Shown here: in pieces, positions 18,435-29,008 of the stretch
Numbering within the stretch: the first letter of the stretch is position 1
How the letters are laid out: each line of letters opens with the position of its first letter
DNA from: Clostridia bacterium
GTDB lineage: Bacteria; Bacillota; Clostridia; CAKSNL01; HGM11501
Direction of reading: 5' to 3'
Length of the DNA: 64,000 nt
Assembly: GCA_045545475.1 (NCBI GenBank)
Contig: JAZQAZ010000014.1
Location: forward strand, 10,938 to 74,937
Translations under genes and position numbers: made by a program
The notes under the pieces: model-generated
What the model was told of the DNA's origin: nothing
Database searches by the model: none
The model's input: the letters and a program-made list of their open reading frames with translations, nothing else

Positions 18435-18962
18435 ATGAAATCCAGATATGTAATGATGGCGGAAATGTTCAAAGCACTTGGGGACGAAAACCGCTTGAAG
18501 CTTTTGAATGAGTTAAAGAGCGGAGAGAAAAATGCCGGCGAGCTTCTGGAAAGCCTTTCTGTTACTCAGCCGACGCTTTCTCATCATATGAAAATTCTTT
18601 GCGACTCCGGAATAGTTGATGCAAGGCGAGATGGAAAGTGGACATATTACAGCGTTTCGAAAGAGGGCAGGAAGGAACTATTTGATATTATTGATTCCCT
18701 GTTTGGCGGAAAATATATCCCGTCGTTTAACATAGAAGATGTTATAATTCCTGCGGAAGATGAAAGCATAAAGCCTGAAAAAGTAAAGAAAACTGCATCT
18801 AAAAAAACTGCGAAAAAGAAAACAGAAAAGAAAGATACTACAGTTTTGACTTCTGAGACTGTGGAAGAAAAGCCTGCCGAGATTAAGGAAGAAGTCGAAG
18901 AAGCTAAAGAAGAACCGGCTGAGGAAAGAAGAGAACGTAATATGCCGTCATGGCTGTTTTAA
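18435..18962 (+). CDS. ArsR/SmtB family transcriptional regulator with lysine-rich, histone-H1-like C-terminal tail
   Basis: HTH_20 region (LGDENRLKLLNELKSGEKNAGELLESLSVTQPTLSHHMKILCDSGIVDARRDGKWTYYS). A C-terminal roughly 60-aa K/E-rich tail (KKTASKKTAKKKTEKK...). Confidence 0.8.
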   Translation: MKSRYVMMAEMFKALGDENRLKLLNELKSGEKNAGELLESLSVTQPTLSHHMKILCDSGIVDARRDGKWTYYSVSKEGRKELFDIIDSLFGGKYIPSFNIEDVIIPAEDESIKPEKVKKTASKKTAKKKTEKKDTTVLTSETVEEKPAEIKEEVEEAKEEPAEERRERNMPSWLF

Positions 18963-19035
18963 CAAAAGGTGGCAAAGCCAGCTTTGTTTTTGTAGTATAT
19001 ATAGATGTATTTACATAAATGAATATTATAACAAA

Positions 19036-19075
19036 TAGAAAAGCCGTCCGTCGGACGGCTTTCATTTATTTTATA
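19036..19075. terminator. Bidirectional terminator between the ArsR gene and the convergent aminopeptidase
   Basis: aagccgtccg-tc-ggacggctt hairpin flanked by an A-rich 5' side and a T-rich 3' side. Confidence 0.7.
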
Positions 19076-20442
19076 TTACTCTGATAAAAAGCTCTGTATG
19101 CTCTGTAGCTTTCGTATAAGTCAAGCTTTGATACAACCTCGAAGGGGGAGTGCATGGATAATACAGGAACACCTGCATCAATTGTGTCCATATCAAGATT
19201 TGCAGTGTACTGTGCAATGGTTCCGCCGCCACCTCCGTCAACCTTTCCAAGCTCGCCTGTCTGCCAGCAGATTTTGCTTTCATCCATAATTTTTACGATG
19301 GAGGCGAAAAGCTCTGCACTAGCATCTGATGAGCCACTCTTGCCACGAGCCCCTGTATATTTCATAAATGAGATACCGCATCCTGCATAGGGGGTATTCT
19401 GCTTTTCAAAGGGGGAAGGAAAATTTGGATCGAATGCTGCACAAACGTCTGCAGAAAGACAGATTGAGTTTGCCAAGGCATGGCGGACATAAAGGTCGGA
19501 ATATTCGTCGGACATATCAATCATGTCGGCAATCATGTTCTCAAAGTATCTGGATTTCATTCCGGTAACGCCCATGGAGCCAACTTCTTCTTTATCCACA
19601 AGGAGGCAGATTGCGGTTTTATCGGGAGTATTTACATCCAGAATTGCCTGAAGTGCGGCGTAGGCACAAACTCTGTCATCCTGAGCGTAAGCACCAACAA
19701 AGCTCTTGTCAAAGCCTACATCCTTTGCAGGGAATGCGGGGGTAAACTCAAGCTCTGCTGTTAAAAATTCTTCCTCTTCAATGTTGTATTCGTCTCTTAA
19801 AATTGTAAGTATTGCCTTCTTAACGCTCTGTGAATCGCCCTCAACAAGGGGAATGCCGCCAACCAGTACGGTTAAATCTTCACCGCCTATAGCATTTCCT
19901 AAATTTCTTCCCATCTGATCTCCTGCGAGGTGGGGAAGAATGTCTGAAATGGTAAAGCAGAAATCGTCTGTATCTTTACCGATGGAAATGTTAAGCTTTG
20001 TCCCGTCCTTTTTTATAACAACGCCTGAAAGTGTTAAGGGGATTGTTGTCCATTGATATTTCTTGATTCCGCCGTAGTAGTGGGTTTTCATTAAAGCCTG
20101 GTCGCTTTCTTCAAGTAATGGGTTGGGTTTTAAGTCAAGTCTGGGAGAATCCACGTGAGCACCAACAAGGTTGAAGCCTTTTCTTAATGGTTCTTTTCCC
20201 ATAACAGCAAGCATGAGTCCTTTTTCTCGGTTTAAGGAATATATTTTGTCCCCCGGAAGAAGCTCATCTTTTTCTGAAATGTCTACAAAACCTTCGTTTT
20301 TTGCGATGCGGAGTGCTTCCTTTACTATTTCACGTTCGGACTTTCCGCTGTTTAAAAACTCCTTATAGCCTTCGGCAAAGTCGAATACAGCACTGTGATC
20401 AGCATCAACCCAACCGTTTTTATTTTTATAACCTAAATCCAT
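19066..20442 (-). CDS. M18 family aminopeptidase
   Basis: 458 aa. AHVDSPRLDLKPNP (M18 motif AHxDSP) and the length and architecture of aminopeptidase I / aspartyl aminopeptidase. Confidence 0.8.
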   Translation of the reverse strand: MDLGYKNKNGWVDADHSAVFDFAEGYKEFLNSGKSEREIVKEALRIAKNEGFVDISEKDELLPGDKIYSLNREKGLMLAVMGKEPLRKGFNLVGAHVDSPRLDLKPNPLLEESDQALMKTHYYGGIKKYQWTTIPLTLSGVVIKKDGTKLNISIGKDTDDFCFTISDILPHLAGDQMGRNLGNAIGGEDLTVLVGGIPLVEGDSQSVKKAILTILRDEYNIEEEEFLTAELEFTPAFPAKDVGFDKSFVGAYAQDDRVCAYAALQAILDVNTPDKTAICLLVDKEEVGSMGVTGMKSRYFENMIADMIDMSDEYSDLYVRHALANSICLSADVCAAFDPNFPSPFEKQNTPYAGCGISFMKYTGARGKSGSSDASAELFASIVKIMDESKICWQTGELGKVDGGGGGTIAQYTANLDMDTIDAGVPVLSMHSPFEVVSKLDLYESYRAYRAFYQSNIK

Positions 20443-20769
20443 ATTATCATTCCTTTCGGGATTTTTTTATATCGTGCATAAAAGTACCGAAAAAATGTCC
20501 TTTCGTCCTTGAAAAAGGGCATTTTATTATGGTATACTAATAACAGTATAACCTTTTTTTAAAAAGAATCAAGCAAAAAGTGGGAAAATGTAGAATTAAT
20601 TAAAAAATAGATATAAAGCCCGGTAAAGTTTTGTTGTCGCGTTTCTGCAAAAAAGATAAAAAAACTAAGAAATAAGAAGATGATGACAAAAAAATTAAGG
20701 AATCGGATTGTTTTATATGTTAAAATATAGACAATATAGGGTGATATAGCCCGAGGAAGGAGAAAAGAT

Positions 20770-23700
20770 ATGCGTAAATTCATTTCAATGGTGTTGGCAC
20801 TTGTGATGATTTTGTCCTGCGTATACATAAATGTATCGGCAAACGAACTTATTGCAAGTACAAAGGTAGAACTTTATCAGCTTGCTCCCGAAAGTCAGAG
20901 CCTGATGGAGTCATACGTTATTAAGACAGATAACGATAAACTCATCGTTATTGACGGAGGTATTGACGGGGCAGGTCGTACATTGGCTCCATATCTTCCT
21001 GCAGCGCTCCGTGCCATAGCAGGCGTTGGCGAGGGTGAATACTTTGAGGTAGAAGCCTGGTTCTTATCCCACGCTCATGTGGACCATTTTTACGAGCTTT
21101 CCAAAATGCTTAACGAGTACGACGAGAATTCAAACTATAAGATAAACAACTTTTATTTTGATTTTCCCGAGTTCGGAAGCGAAGAATATTCCGGAACCCT
21201 TGGCGAAACAGGAGACGGATATCTTGCGGAATTGAAAGCCGGCCTTGATAACTACGCCGAGGTTAATGAAATTGAGTTTGATTCTGAGACTTACTATGAC
21301 GAAATTAACGGTGCTGTGGTAAACGAATCTGCCATAAGCAAAGGTCTTGATATTAATATAGACGGCGTAAGATTTGAAATACTTCAGACCTGGAGCGCTG
21401 AAGACGGCACAACGGAGATAAACAACACATCTATGATTATAAGAATGCACGCCGCAGGAAAGACAGTTTTATTCTTAAACGATGCATACATCCAGTCGGG
21501 TAACCGTCTTGTTGAAACTTACGGCGAAGACTTAAAGAGCGATTATGTGCAGACGGCTCATCACGGACAGTCGGGCACAAAGCAGAACGTTTATGATGCG
21601 GTTGATGCGGACTTCTTCTTATGGCCCACTCCTAAATGGATATGGACTAACCCGGACAGCTATGCCATTGACGACGTACGTACTTGGATTGCCGGTGAAG
21701 ACTATCTGGAAGTTCGTGAAAACGACCTTGTTGCGGGTATGTATGATGTATATCCCGATGATCCTGCGGTTGTTGCTGACTGGGCAGAAGCGCTTCCCGG
21801 TATGAAAATCACATTTACTAACGAAGATGCAAACTATACTGCACCCAAGGCGAATAAAAACCTTAAATATACAGGTGAAGAACAGGAGCTTATAGCAGAA
21901 GGCAGCACTGATATCGGCACTATGGAATACTGCATTGAAGGAAATGACTATGCAGATGCAATTCCCGCAGCTGTAAATGCCGGAGAATATACTGTATATT
22001 ACAGGATTACAGACGGCGAAAATGTTTTGGTGGAAGAAAGTATTAGTGTTACAATAGCAAAGGCGATACCTGAATTTACAGCTCCCGAAGCAAAAGTTCT
22101 TTTCAACACAGGGGAAGAACAAGAACTCATAGAAGCAGGAAGCATTGCGGAAGGTGAATTCTTATATTCCACCGATGACGTGGACTATTCTGCTGAAATC
22201 CCCACTGCAACAGAAAGCGGTAACTATACCGTATACTATAAAGTGGAGGAAAGCGAAAATTATCTTGAAATTTCAGGTTCCGTTGACGTTACAATAGGTG
22301 ACTATAAAGTTACCTTCAAAAACGGAAACGAACTTGCACCTTTTGATGAGGATGCTTTAGTCAGCGTTATGGATGGCGAAAGCCTTGCCTCTCTTCCTTA
22401 TTTTGAAGCAAAAGCAAATACATCACTTGCATACTTCAAGATAGGGGATGTCAGATTTACAGAAGAAGAACTCCTTTCTTATGAAGTTACGGAAAACACA
22501 GAAGTTTTAGCATATTTCAGAGAGTCGGCTATAACTTCCTGCGATTATGACTTTACCACTATGACTGAGGAAGAATTTGAACTTACTGTTTTTGGTATGG
22601 ACAGCGACTTTGTGCTTACCGAAGGCGTGGGTATTCAGCTTTCCAAGAACACTGAAACCACATATACCATTCCCATGGCAACTGATGTTTCCGAAAGTGC
22701 TTTCTCCATAAGCTACGGATGCACCGGTACTGCCAATACAGGCGGATTCAACGGACATATTACACGTGGAGCTGATGCTGTTGCATCTTTCTATCATACT
22801 GCAAACTCCATGGTTGTTTACGGCTCAGGTGCCACACACAGATTCACAAACGTGGGACAGGTAGACGACGGAACACGTCATACTGTAGAATATATAATAG
22901 ACCTTGAAAATGAAATGCAGTATATGATTGTGGACGGCTATGCCGGCATTGTTCCTGCTGAAGGAGCATATTCTATCCGTGGAAACAGAAAGCCTGACCT
23001 TCTTAAGATTATTGAAAAAGCAGGCGGATCTCTTATTATAGACAGCTTCAGCATAAAGCGTTTTGACGATGCCAAGGCAAGAAAAGTTACTTTAGCTGCA
23101 GGAGAAGGCGTAACAGCGGTTAACTTCTTGAACAGAACGGAAAATGCAACATACGACAATTCATATATTTATATGGTGGAAGGCACAAAGGTTCCTGTTG
23201 GTGCAACGATGGATGAAGAAACTGCCTTTTCCTCATGGGAAGCAACAAGCGGAAGCTTTTCGGACGAAACTGCAATGAAGGCGGTTTATACGGCCGGAAG
23301 TGCAAATGCGACGGTAACCGCAGAAGGTGAAGCACCTCAGATTTCCGAAGGAGACGTTGCGAAAATCGGCAGAGTAGGTTATGCAACACTTCAGGATGCA
23401 ATTAATGCAGTAGGTGACGGACAGACGATCACTCTGCTTTCCGATGAAACTGTTACAACAACACTATTACTCAACACAGGCAACAGCTTTACCATAGACG
23501 GTGCAGGATTTGATCTTATTTTCGGAATGAGCGATAAAACAGTGAACTGTGTTTATGTTTCGGCAGACACAAAGGTGCTCTTTAAGAACATTGATATCTA
23601 CAGAAACAACACCACCACAAACAACTACGGATTTTTCTATATCTCCACCGGTAGCATAACACTTGGTGATGGGGCAGTACTCGGAAGCACTTCCGTTCAG

Positions 23701-26700
23701 ATGGTTCAGGGTAACGGCGGTATAATCTGGGTTCAGAAGGCATCAACCGACACAGGTACGGGCAAAGCATATTTCACCCTTAACGGTGAAGGAGCCAAGA
23801 TTCAGAATGTAAAAGGCTCCTGGCAGAAAGGTTTGTTCGACGGCTCCAACGCAACGGAAGTAAACCTTCTTAAGGGAACAATCGAAAATTGCACACATGG
23901 CACAGCCATGGTTGGAGAAAGAGGAAACTTTATAGTAAACCTGGGCGATGTTACAATTATAAACTCAAAAGAGCCTACAGTTAACGGAAACTCCAATACC
24001 ACGGTTAATATAACAGGAAGCGGAACTCTTGGAACGGTTAAGGCATCTTCTGCTAAGATAAGCTTTAAAAAGAGCCTTACCTATGGTCCTTCTTCACTTA
24101 CATATCAGGGTAGCGACTTTACAGGAAGCGTTGTATTTAATGTGACAGATACTACAGTTCCTGCAAGCTATGCGAAAATTGAAAGCGGAATGAAGGTGGG
24201 AGGTGACATCAAATCAACTGACGGAAAAACCTTCAGGGTTGATGCAGACGGAAACCTTGTTATGAGCAGCTTTGTTGAAACGGGCTATGAGCTTGAAATC
24301 AGCAATACACAGAACAATGGTTTATACAACGCAGTCTTTGTGGTTCCTGCAAGAGATAATATGGAAATTGAATCCGTAACATATGTTGATACATTCGGAA
24401 ACACTTTAGACGGTAAGGCGGCAACAAAAATTACGCCCAACGATGACGGAATAACAATGACAGTTACAATAGCTGGTGACTATACCAAGGAAAACGGCTA
24501 TACTGACTGGGTTGACGGAACATATGCAACCAAATACGGCGAAACTCATTTTGTTTTCGGAAATACCGTATATAACTGGCAGGCAGGAGATATCGTATCA
24601 CCTGATTTCTTCAAGGGTATTTTCATCAGAGAAGTATTGGGTGACGGTGCAGGAGACCACATTATAAATGTTAAGTTTGCCGACGGAGAAACTCTGGAAT
24701 TCAATGTGAAGACAAATCTTCAGTGGGTTGAACTTACAGCACCCGCTGCTGTTAAGGAAACGGAATATACCGATGAAATAACACCCATTGCGGGTTGGAA
24801 AACTGCGGCAACCACAGTAAGTAACAATCTTACAAAGGCCTTTGACGGATATTCCGAATACCTTATTAAGAAGCATGCGTTCACTGATGCATCAGGAAAT
24901 GCAATGTCGGTAAATAACCGCTTTGAGACAGACTTTATATCGCAGGTGGTTAAAACAGCCAGCGGAAACGCTACAATTCCTTCGGGAAGCAAATATGTTT
25001 CATCTATAACTCAGGTTCTTCTGTATCCCGCACTTCGTATGGACTTTTTTGTTGATACCATTGACGGGCTTGATACATCGGGTATCAGAATTTATCCCAG
25101 AATCAACTCTTACAATGAAAATAAGGCATCGGGAAGCGGTAGAGGTGTGCCTTCAAAAATTGTATTCTGGGGTTCAAACGATGGAGAAAACTGGGATAAC
25201 TTAGGTACGTATAATTTCAATAGTACACTCGAAGAAAAGACAGCTCTTTTTGGCAAAAATGTAAGATATCGTTATTACAAGGGCTCCATTCTTGAGGTAA
25301 ATGGAAATACATATAAGCAGACAGCAAACATTTCAGAACTTGTATTTATAAAACCTGAAACAGAGCTTAAGAGTAATACAGCACTTACATTTGATACTGC
25401 AGAGGAAAATGCGATTGAATTTACCTTCAAGACATATCTTGAAGAAACAATCGAAAGCCTTAAGGATAAGTCAGGAAATGATGCGGAATTTACATTTGAA
25501 AATGACACCCTTACAATCGATGCGACTTATCTTAAAGCACTCACAGACGGAACATATGAATTTACTGCTAAATTCACAAATGGTGCAGAATTTGCTCTTA
25601 CCATTATAAAAACTGATGCGACAGAGGTTACATACCTTCTTGCAGACAGCGGAGAGATGGGAAGAGGCACAAATGAACTTGTTCTTGCAAGTGTAAGCGG
25701 AAAAGAGATAAAGAAGGTTACATATAACGGCGGAAAAGCTCTTTCATATACGGCATCCGATGATAATAAGACAATTGCTATCGCAAGATATGATTTCCGT
25801 GGAGGTATGGATCTTTATGCTACAATGACTTTAGAGGAAGACGGACTGGTACCGGTTGTTGTGACATACAGTGATGATACAACAAAAACCTATAATGTTA
25901 CCATAAGCTCCGACTGGGTGGGAATCCCCGCACCTCATCCAGAAGCTACCTTCCTTTCCGACGAACTTAAGCCTAAGGCAGGAGAGTGGAAAGTAAGAAC
26001 AAGCTCTGCAAACACAGCACATAATCATCCTGCTAACTTGTTTACCGGCAAGCTTTACAACGAGAAAAACAAGAATAACTGGCATACAGGATATACATTG
26101 GTAGATGGTGCTCCTATAGCAGATACTGAGCTTGACCAATACATTGATGTGGATTTCGGAGCAAACGTAAAGCCTTACAAGGGAATACGTATTACCGAGC
26201 GTGTAAGCGGCTCAAGATATGAGAATATCACACTTTACGGTAAGAATTCAGACGGTGAGGAGTGGACCTTACTTTACAGCGGTTCTGCTGATGCTGTGGC
26301 ACCTTCTGCAAATGAAATTCTGTTTGAAGAAGCCGTAAATTATCGTTATTTAAGAATGAAGATCAACGGTAGGGACAACCACGTTACTGCAGATATAATG
26401 CGTATTATAAACGGAGTGGAAGAAGGCCAAGTGAACATCAAGGTTACACCCACAACCGGTGGTAACGTAACTGTAACAACAGGCGGAACAACTGCTCCTT
26501 CTCTCGGAGATAACTATGTTGAAGCAAATACAAATGTAACCTTTACGGCTACAAGCGATGAGTCGGGAGAATTCTGCTATTGGATAGAGGCATCTACAGG
26601 CAAAATTCTTGGCAAGAAGGCAACGCTTAATGTAAATACTGCAATAGGTAAGGATATAAAAGCGGTATTCGCATCACCTGCGGATACGGAAGCTTTTGTA

Positions 26701-27540
26701 AGCTTCTACGGAATAGAAAAGGGAAGCATACTGGCAACGGGATATGTAAAGAAAAATGATGCCCCGTCGGCTTTGGTTCCTTCCGCTGAAAAGCTTTATA
26801 CCACGGGTTATGCATTCAGCAAGTGGGTAGATAAGGAAGGAAATGATATTGATGTCGATGCGGCTGTAAGTGAAAACACAGAATACTATGCACTATATTC
26901 TGAAAAGTCAGAAGAAAATAAGAGATTCAGTACAATCACTGTAAACGGCGGTAAAGTAGTTGCATTAGGAAGCGGAAAAGCCGGAGTGACAAGCGGAACA
27001 TTTGCATATGATACTGTGCTTCGAGCAACTGCTGATGAACCCAATGAGGGCGAAGAGTTCAAGTACTGGACCTTGGAAGGTAATATCGTAAGCTATGATG
27101 AGAAATACAAATTCTATGCTCCCGACGCAGACATCACTCTTACAGCGGTATTCGGACCTAAAGAAGAAGCGGTTACAGAAAAGGTACAGATAGCAATAAC
27201 CGAGACATCTGACGTAGTTAATGGTGTAAATGTCGCTGGATTTATCACAACGAGATATGTGCCTTCCGGAGTTAATGTTATTGAAACCGGTGTTATTTAT
27301 GTAAAGGATGCAAGCTACGAAGGCTCAGGCGAAGACGGTAAGCTTACTGTAGCTGATGCGGGAAATACAAGTGCCAACGGAAAGACGGTAAAGGTGGCAT
27401 TTTCCTCCAAAACGGAATCCGGTCAGCATAAACTTTCTGCAAGCTATACAGATCTTGGTATAAAGGCGGTTGGTTTCATAACTTATGTTGAAGGTGAGGG
27501 CATAACAACACTTTACACAGATATGATAACGGTTAAATAA
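20770..27540 (+). CDS. Giant secreted multidomain surface protein: N-terminal MBL-fold (ComEC-like) domain, MBG/Ig-like repeats, beta-helix and discoidin-like regions
   Basis: 2256 aa. Signal peptide MRKFISMVLALVMILSCVYINVSA. HAHVDH metal-binding motif (WFLSHAHVDHFYEL) and TAHHGQSG. Duplicated KYTGEEQELI...EYTVYY MBG-like repeats. Gly/Asn-rich beta-helix-like stretch. F5/8-type-C-like segments (NLTKAFDG..., NPANLFTGKLYN...). Confidence 0.75.
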   Translation: MRKFISMVLALVMILSCVYINVSANELIASTKVELYQLAPESQSLMESYVIKTDNDKLIVIDGGIDGAGRTLAPYLPAALRAIAGVGEGEYFEVEAWFLSHAHVDHFYELSKMLNEYDENSNYKINNFYFDFPEFGSEEYSGTLGETGDGYLAELKAGLDNYAEVNEIEFDSETYYDEINGAVVNESAISKGLDINIDGVRFEILQTWSAEDGTTEINNTSMIIRMHAAGKTVLFLNDAYIQSGNRLVETYGEDLKSDYVQTAHHGQSGTKQNVYDAVDADFFLWPTPKWIWTNPDSYAIDDVRTWIAGEDYLEVRENDLVAGMYDVYPDDPAVVADWAEALPGMKITFTNEDANYTAPKANKNLKYTGEEQELIAEGSTDIGTMEYCIEGNDYADAIPAAVNAGEYTVYYRITDGENVLVEESISVTIAKAIPEFTAPEAKVLFNTGEEQELIEAGSIAEGEFLYSTDDVDYSAEIPTATESGNYTVYYKVEESENYLEISGSVDVTIGDYKVTFKNGNELAPFDEDALVSVMDGESLASLPYFEAKANTSLAYFKIGDVRFTEEELLSYEVTENTEVLAYFRESAITSCDYDFTTMTEEEFELTVFGMDSDFVLTEGVGIQLSKNTETTYTIPMATDVSESAFSISYGCTGTANTGGFNGHITRGADAVASFYHTANSMVVYGSGATHRFTNVGQVDDGTRHTVEYIIDLENEMQYMIVDGYAGIVPAEGAYSIRGNRKPDLLKIIEKAGGSLIIDSFSIKRFDDAKARKVTLAAGEGVTAVNFLNRTENATYDNSYIYMVEGTKVPVGATMDEETAFSSWEATSGSFSDETAMKAVYTAGSANATVTAEGEAPQISEGDVAKIGRVGYATLQDAINAVGDGQTITLLSDETVTTTLLLNTGNSFTIDGAGFDLIFGMSDKTVNCVYVSADTKVLFKNIDIYRNNTTTNNYGFFYISTGSITLGDGAVLGSTSVQMVQGNGGIIWVQKASTDTGTGKAYFTLNGEGAKIQNVKGSWQKGLFDGSNATEVNLLKGTIENCTHGTAMVGERGNFIVNLGDVTIINSKEPTVNGNSNTTVNITGSGTLGTVKASSAKISFKKSLTYGPSSLTYQGSDFTGSVVFNVTDTTVPASYAKIESGMKVGGDIKSTDGKTFRVDADGNLVMSSFVETGYELEISNTQNNGLYNAVFVVPARDNMEIESVTYVDTFGNTLDGKAATKITPNDDGITMTVTIAGDYTKENGYTDWVDGTYATKYGETHFVFGNTVYNWQAGDIVSPDFFKGIFIREVLGDGAGDHIINVKFADGETLEFNVKTNLQWVELTAPAAVKETEYTDEITPIAGWKTAATTVSNNLTKAFDGYSEYLIKKHAFTDASGNAMSVNNRFETDFISQVVKTASGNATIPSGSKYVSSITQVLLYPALRMDFFVDTIDGLDTSGIRIYPRINSYNENKASGSGRGVPSKIVFWGSNDGENWDNLGTYNFNSTLEEKTALFGKNVRYRYYKGSILEVNGNTYKQTANISELVFIKPETELKSNTALTFDTAEENAIEFTFKTYLEETIESLKDKSGNDAEFTFENDTLTIDATYLKALTDGTYEFTAKFTNGAEFALTIIKTDATEVTYLLADSGEMGRGTNELVLASVSGKEIKKVTYNGGKALSYTASDDNKTIAIARYDFRGGMDLYATMTLEEDGLVPVVVTYSDDTTKTYNVTISSDWVGIPAPHPEATFLSDELKPKAGEWKVRTSSANTAHNHPANLFTGKLYNEKNKNNWHTGYTLVDGAPIADTELDQYIDVDFGANVKPYKGIRITERVSGSRYENITLYGKNSDGEEWTLLYSGSADAVAPSANEILFEEAVNYRYLRMKINGRDNHVTADIMRIINGVEEGQVNIKVTPTTGGNVTVTTGGTTAPSLGDNYVEANTNVTFTATSDESGEFCYWIEASTGKILGKKATLNVNTAIGKDIKAVFASPADTEAFVSFYGIEKGSILATGYVKKNDAPSALVPSAEKLYTTGYAFSKWVDKEGNDIDVDAAVSENTEYYALYSEKSEENKRFSTITVNGGKVVALGSGKAGVTSGTFAYDTVLRATADEPNEGEEFKYWTLEGNIVSYDEKYKFYAPDADITLTAVFGPKEEAVTEKVQIAITETSDVVNGVNVAGFITTRYVPSGVNVIETGVIYVKDASYEGSGEDGKLTVADAGNTSANGKTVKVAFSSKTESGQHKLSASYTDLGIKAVGFITYVEGEGITTLYTDMITVK

Positions 27541-27550
27541 TCATAAATTA

Positions 27551-27584
27551 AAAGAACGCAGAATTATATCTGCGTTCTTTTTAC
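27551..27584 (+). terminator. Rho-independent terminator
   Basis: agaacgcag-aattatat-ctgcgttct followed by TTTTT. Confidence 0.8.
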
Positions 27585-27663
27585 ATGTAAATGAATAAAA
27601 AGATATTGGCAAAAGTATATTTTTGTGGTAAAATAAATTAATTATATAATGAGGCGGATTTTT

Positions 27664-28995
27664 ATGGAAATAAACAAGAATGATGAAGTAAGAATTTATA
27701 TAGACGGATATACCTCGGAGGGTGCCGGTGTTGGCAGAATAGGTAAATATCCTATATTTATACCAAACACTGTGCGGGGAGATTATATCCTTTGCCGTAT
27801 AGTTAAACCCGGCAAAACCTTTGCGTGGGGTAAGTGTATGGAAATCCTTACGCCCTCAGAGGAAAGGATAGAGGCAGTCTGCCCTCACTTTTACGAGTGC
27901 GGCGGTTGTGCCATTATGCATATGTCGGAAAAGGAGCGTGCCTTTTTCAAAAAGGACAAGGTAAAAAACGCCTTTTCCCATATAGCGGGGATGGATATAG
28001 AAGTGGCAGATACTGCAATTGGTGAAGAGACAGGCTATCGCAACAAAACACAGATGCCGGTTTCAAGCGATTATACTCAGGCTATGTACAAAAATCGTAC
28101 CAATATCAAGGTAAGTGTGCCCCATTGCGTTATTCAGGACGAAGAGGCAAAGAAAGTGACGGAAATAATTATTTCTTATCTTAAGGAGAAGAAAATCCCG
28201 CCTTATGAGCCTACGGAAAAACGGGGCGTTGTCCGCCATGTGTATACCAGGGTTTCAAAATCAACAGGCGAAATACTGGCTATAGTAATAGCGACTGAAA
28301 AAATCGACCTTACGGATATTGAAGCCCCCCTTCGTAAAGCGAATGTGACAGGATTGGTTCTTAACATTAACGAAAAGCATACAAATACCATCCTTGGAGA
28401 TAAATCTATTACGGTTTTCGGTAAAAACTTTATAACCGACCGCCTTTGCGGAACGGATTTTGACATTTATCCCGACTCCTTTTTTCAGGTAAATAAGTAC
28501 CTAACGGAGCAGCTTTACAATAAGGCTGTAAAGCTCTGTCATTTGACAGGCAAGGAAACGGTATTCGATCTTTATTGCGGAGCGGGCACGATAACTGCAG
28601 CACTTTCAAAGGGTGCTGAAAAAGTAATCGGTGTTGAAATTGTACCCTCTGCCGTAAAATCTGCAAAATACAGTCTGGAGCGTGCCGGCATTACCAATGC
28701 TGAAATTTACGAGGGATCATCAGAAGTTGTGGCACCAAAGCTTATAGAAGAAGGAGAAAAGGCGGACGTTGTAGTTGTTGATCCGCCCAGAAAAGGCTGC
28801 GGAGAGGAGCTTCTTTCCTCAATAGCCAAAATGAAGCCGGAAAGAATCGTTTACGTATCCTGCGATGTTGCAACATTAGCACGTGATGCAAAGTATTTAT
28901 CCGAACACGGCTATAAGGTCGAGAAAGCTTATCCTTTTGACATGTTTCCTTTTACATACCATGTAGAGACGATTGCTTTGCTTAAGCTTAAATGA
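27664..28995 (+). CDS. rlmD: 23S rRNA (uracil-5-)-methyltransferase RlmD/RumA family (TRAM + Fe-S + SAM MTase)
   Basis: N-terminal TRAM-like domain. Cys cluster CPHFYECGGCAIMHM. SAM motif DLYCGAGT. VVVDPPRKG. Starts at ATG 27664 after a GAGG RBS; the ORF track starts slightly upstream. Confidence 0.85.
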   Translation: MEINKNDEVRIYIDGYTSEGAGVGRIGKYPIFIPNTVRGDYILCRIVKPGKTFAWGKCMEILTPSEERIEAVCPHFYECGGCAIMHMSEKERAFFKKDKVKNAFSHIAGMDIEVADTAIGEETGYRNKTQMPVSSDYTQAMYKNRTNIKVSVPHCVIQDEEAKKVTEIIISYLKEKKIPPYEPTEKRGVVRHVYTRVSKSTGEILAIVIATEKIDLTDIEAPLRKANVTGLVLNINEKHTNTILGDKSITVFGKNFITDRLCGTDFDIYPDSFFQVNKYLTEQLYNKAVKLCHLTGKETVFDLYCGAGTITAALSKGAEKVIGVEIVPSAVKSAKYSLERAGITNAEIYEGSSEVVAPKLIEEGEKADVVVVDPPRKGCGEELLSSIAKMKPERIVYVSCDVATLARDAKYLSEHGYKVEKAYPFDMFPFTYHVETIALLKLK

Positions 28996-29008
28996 GAGGG
29001 GGACAGAT

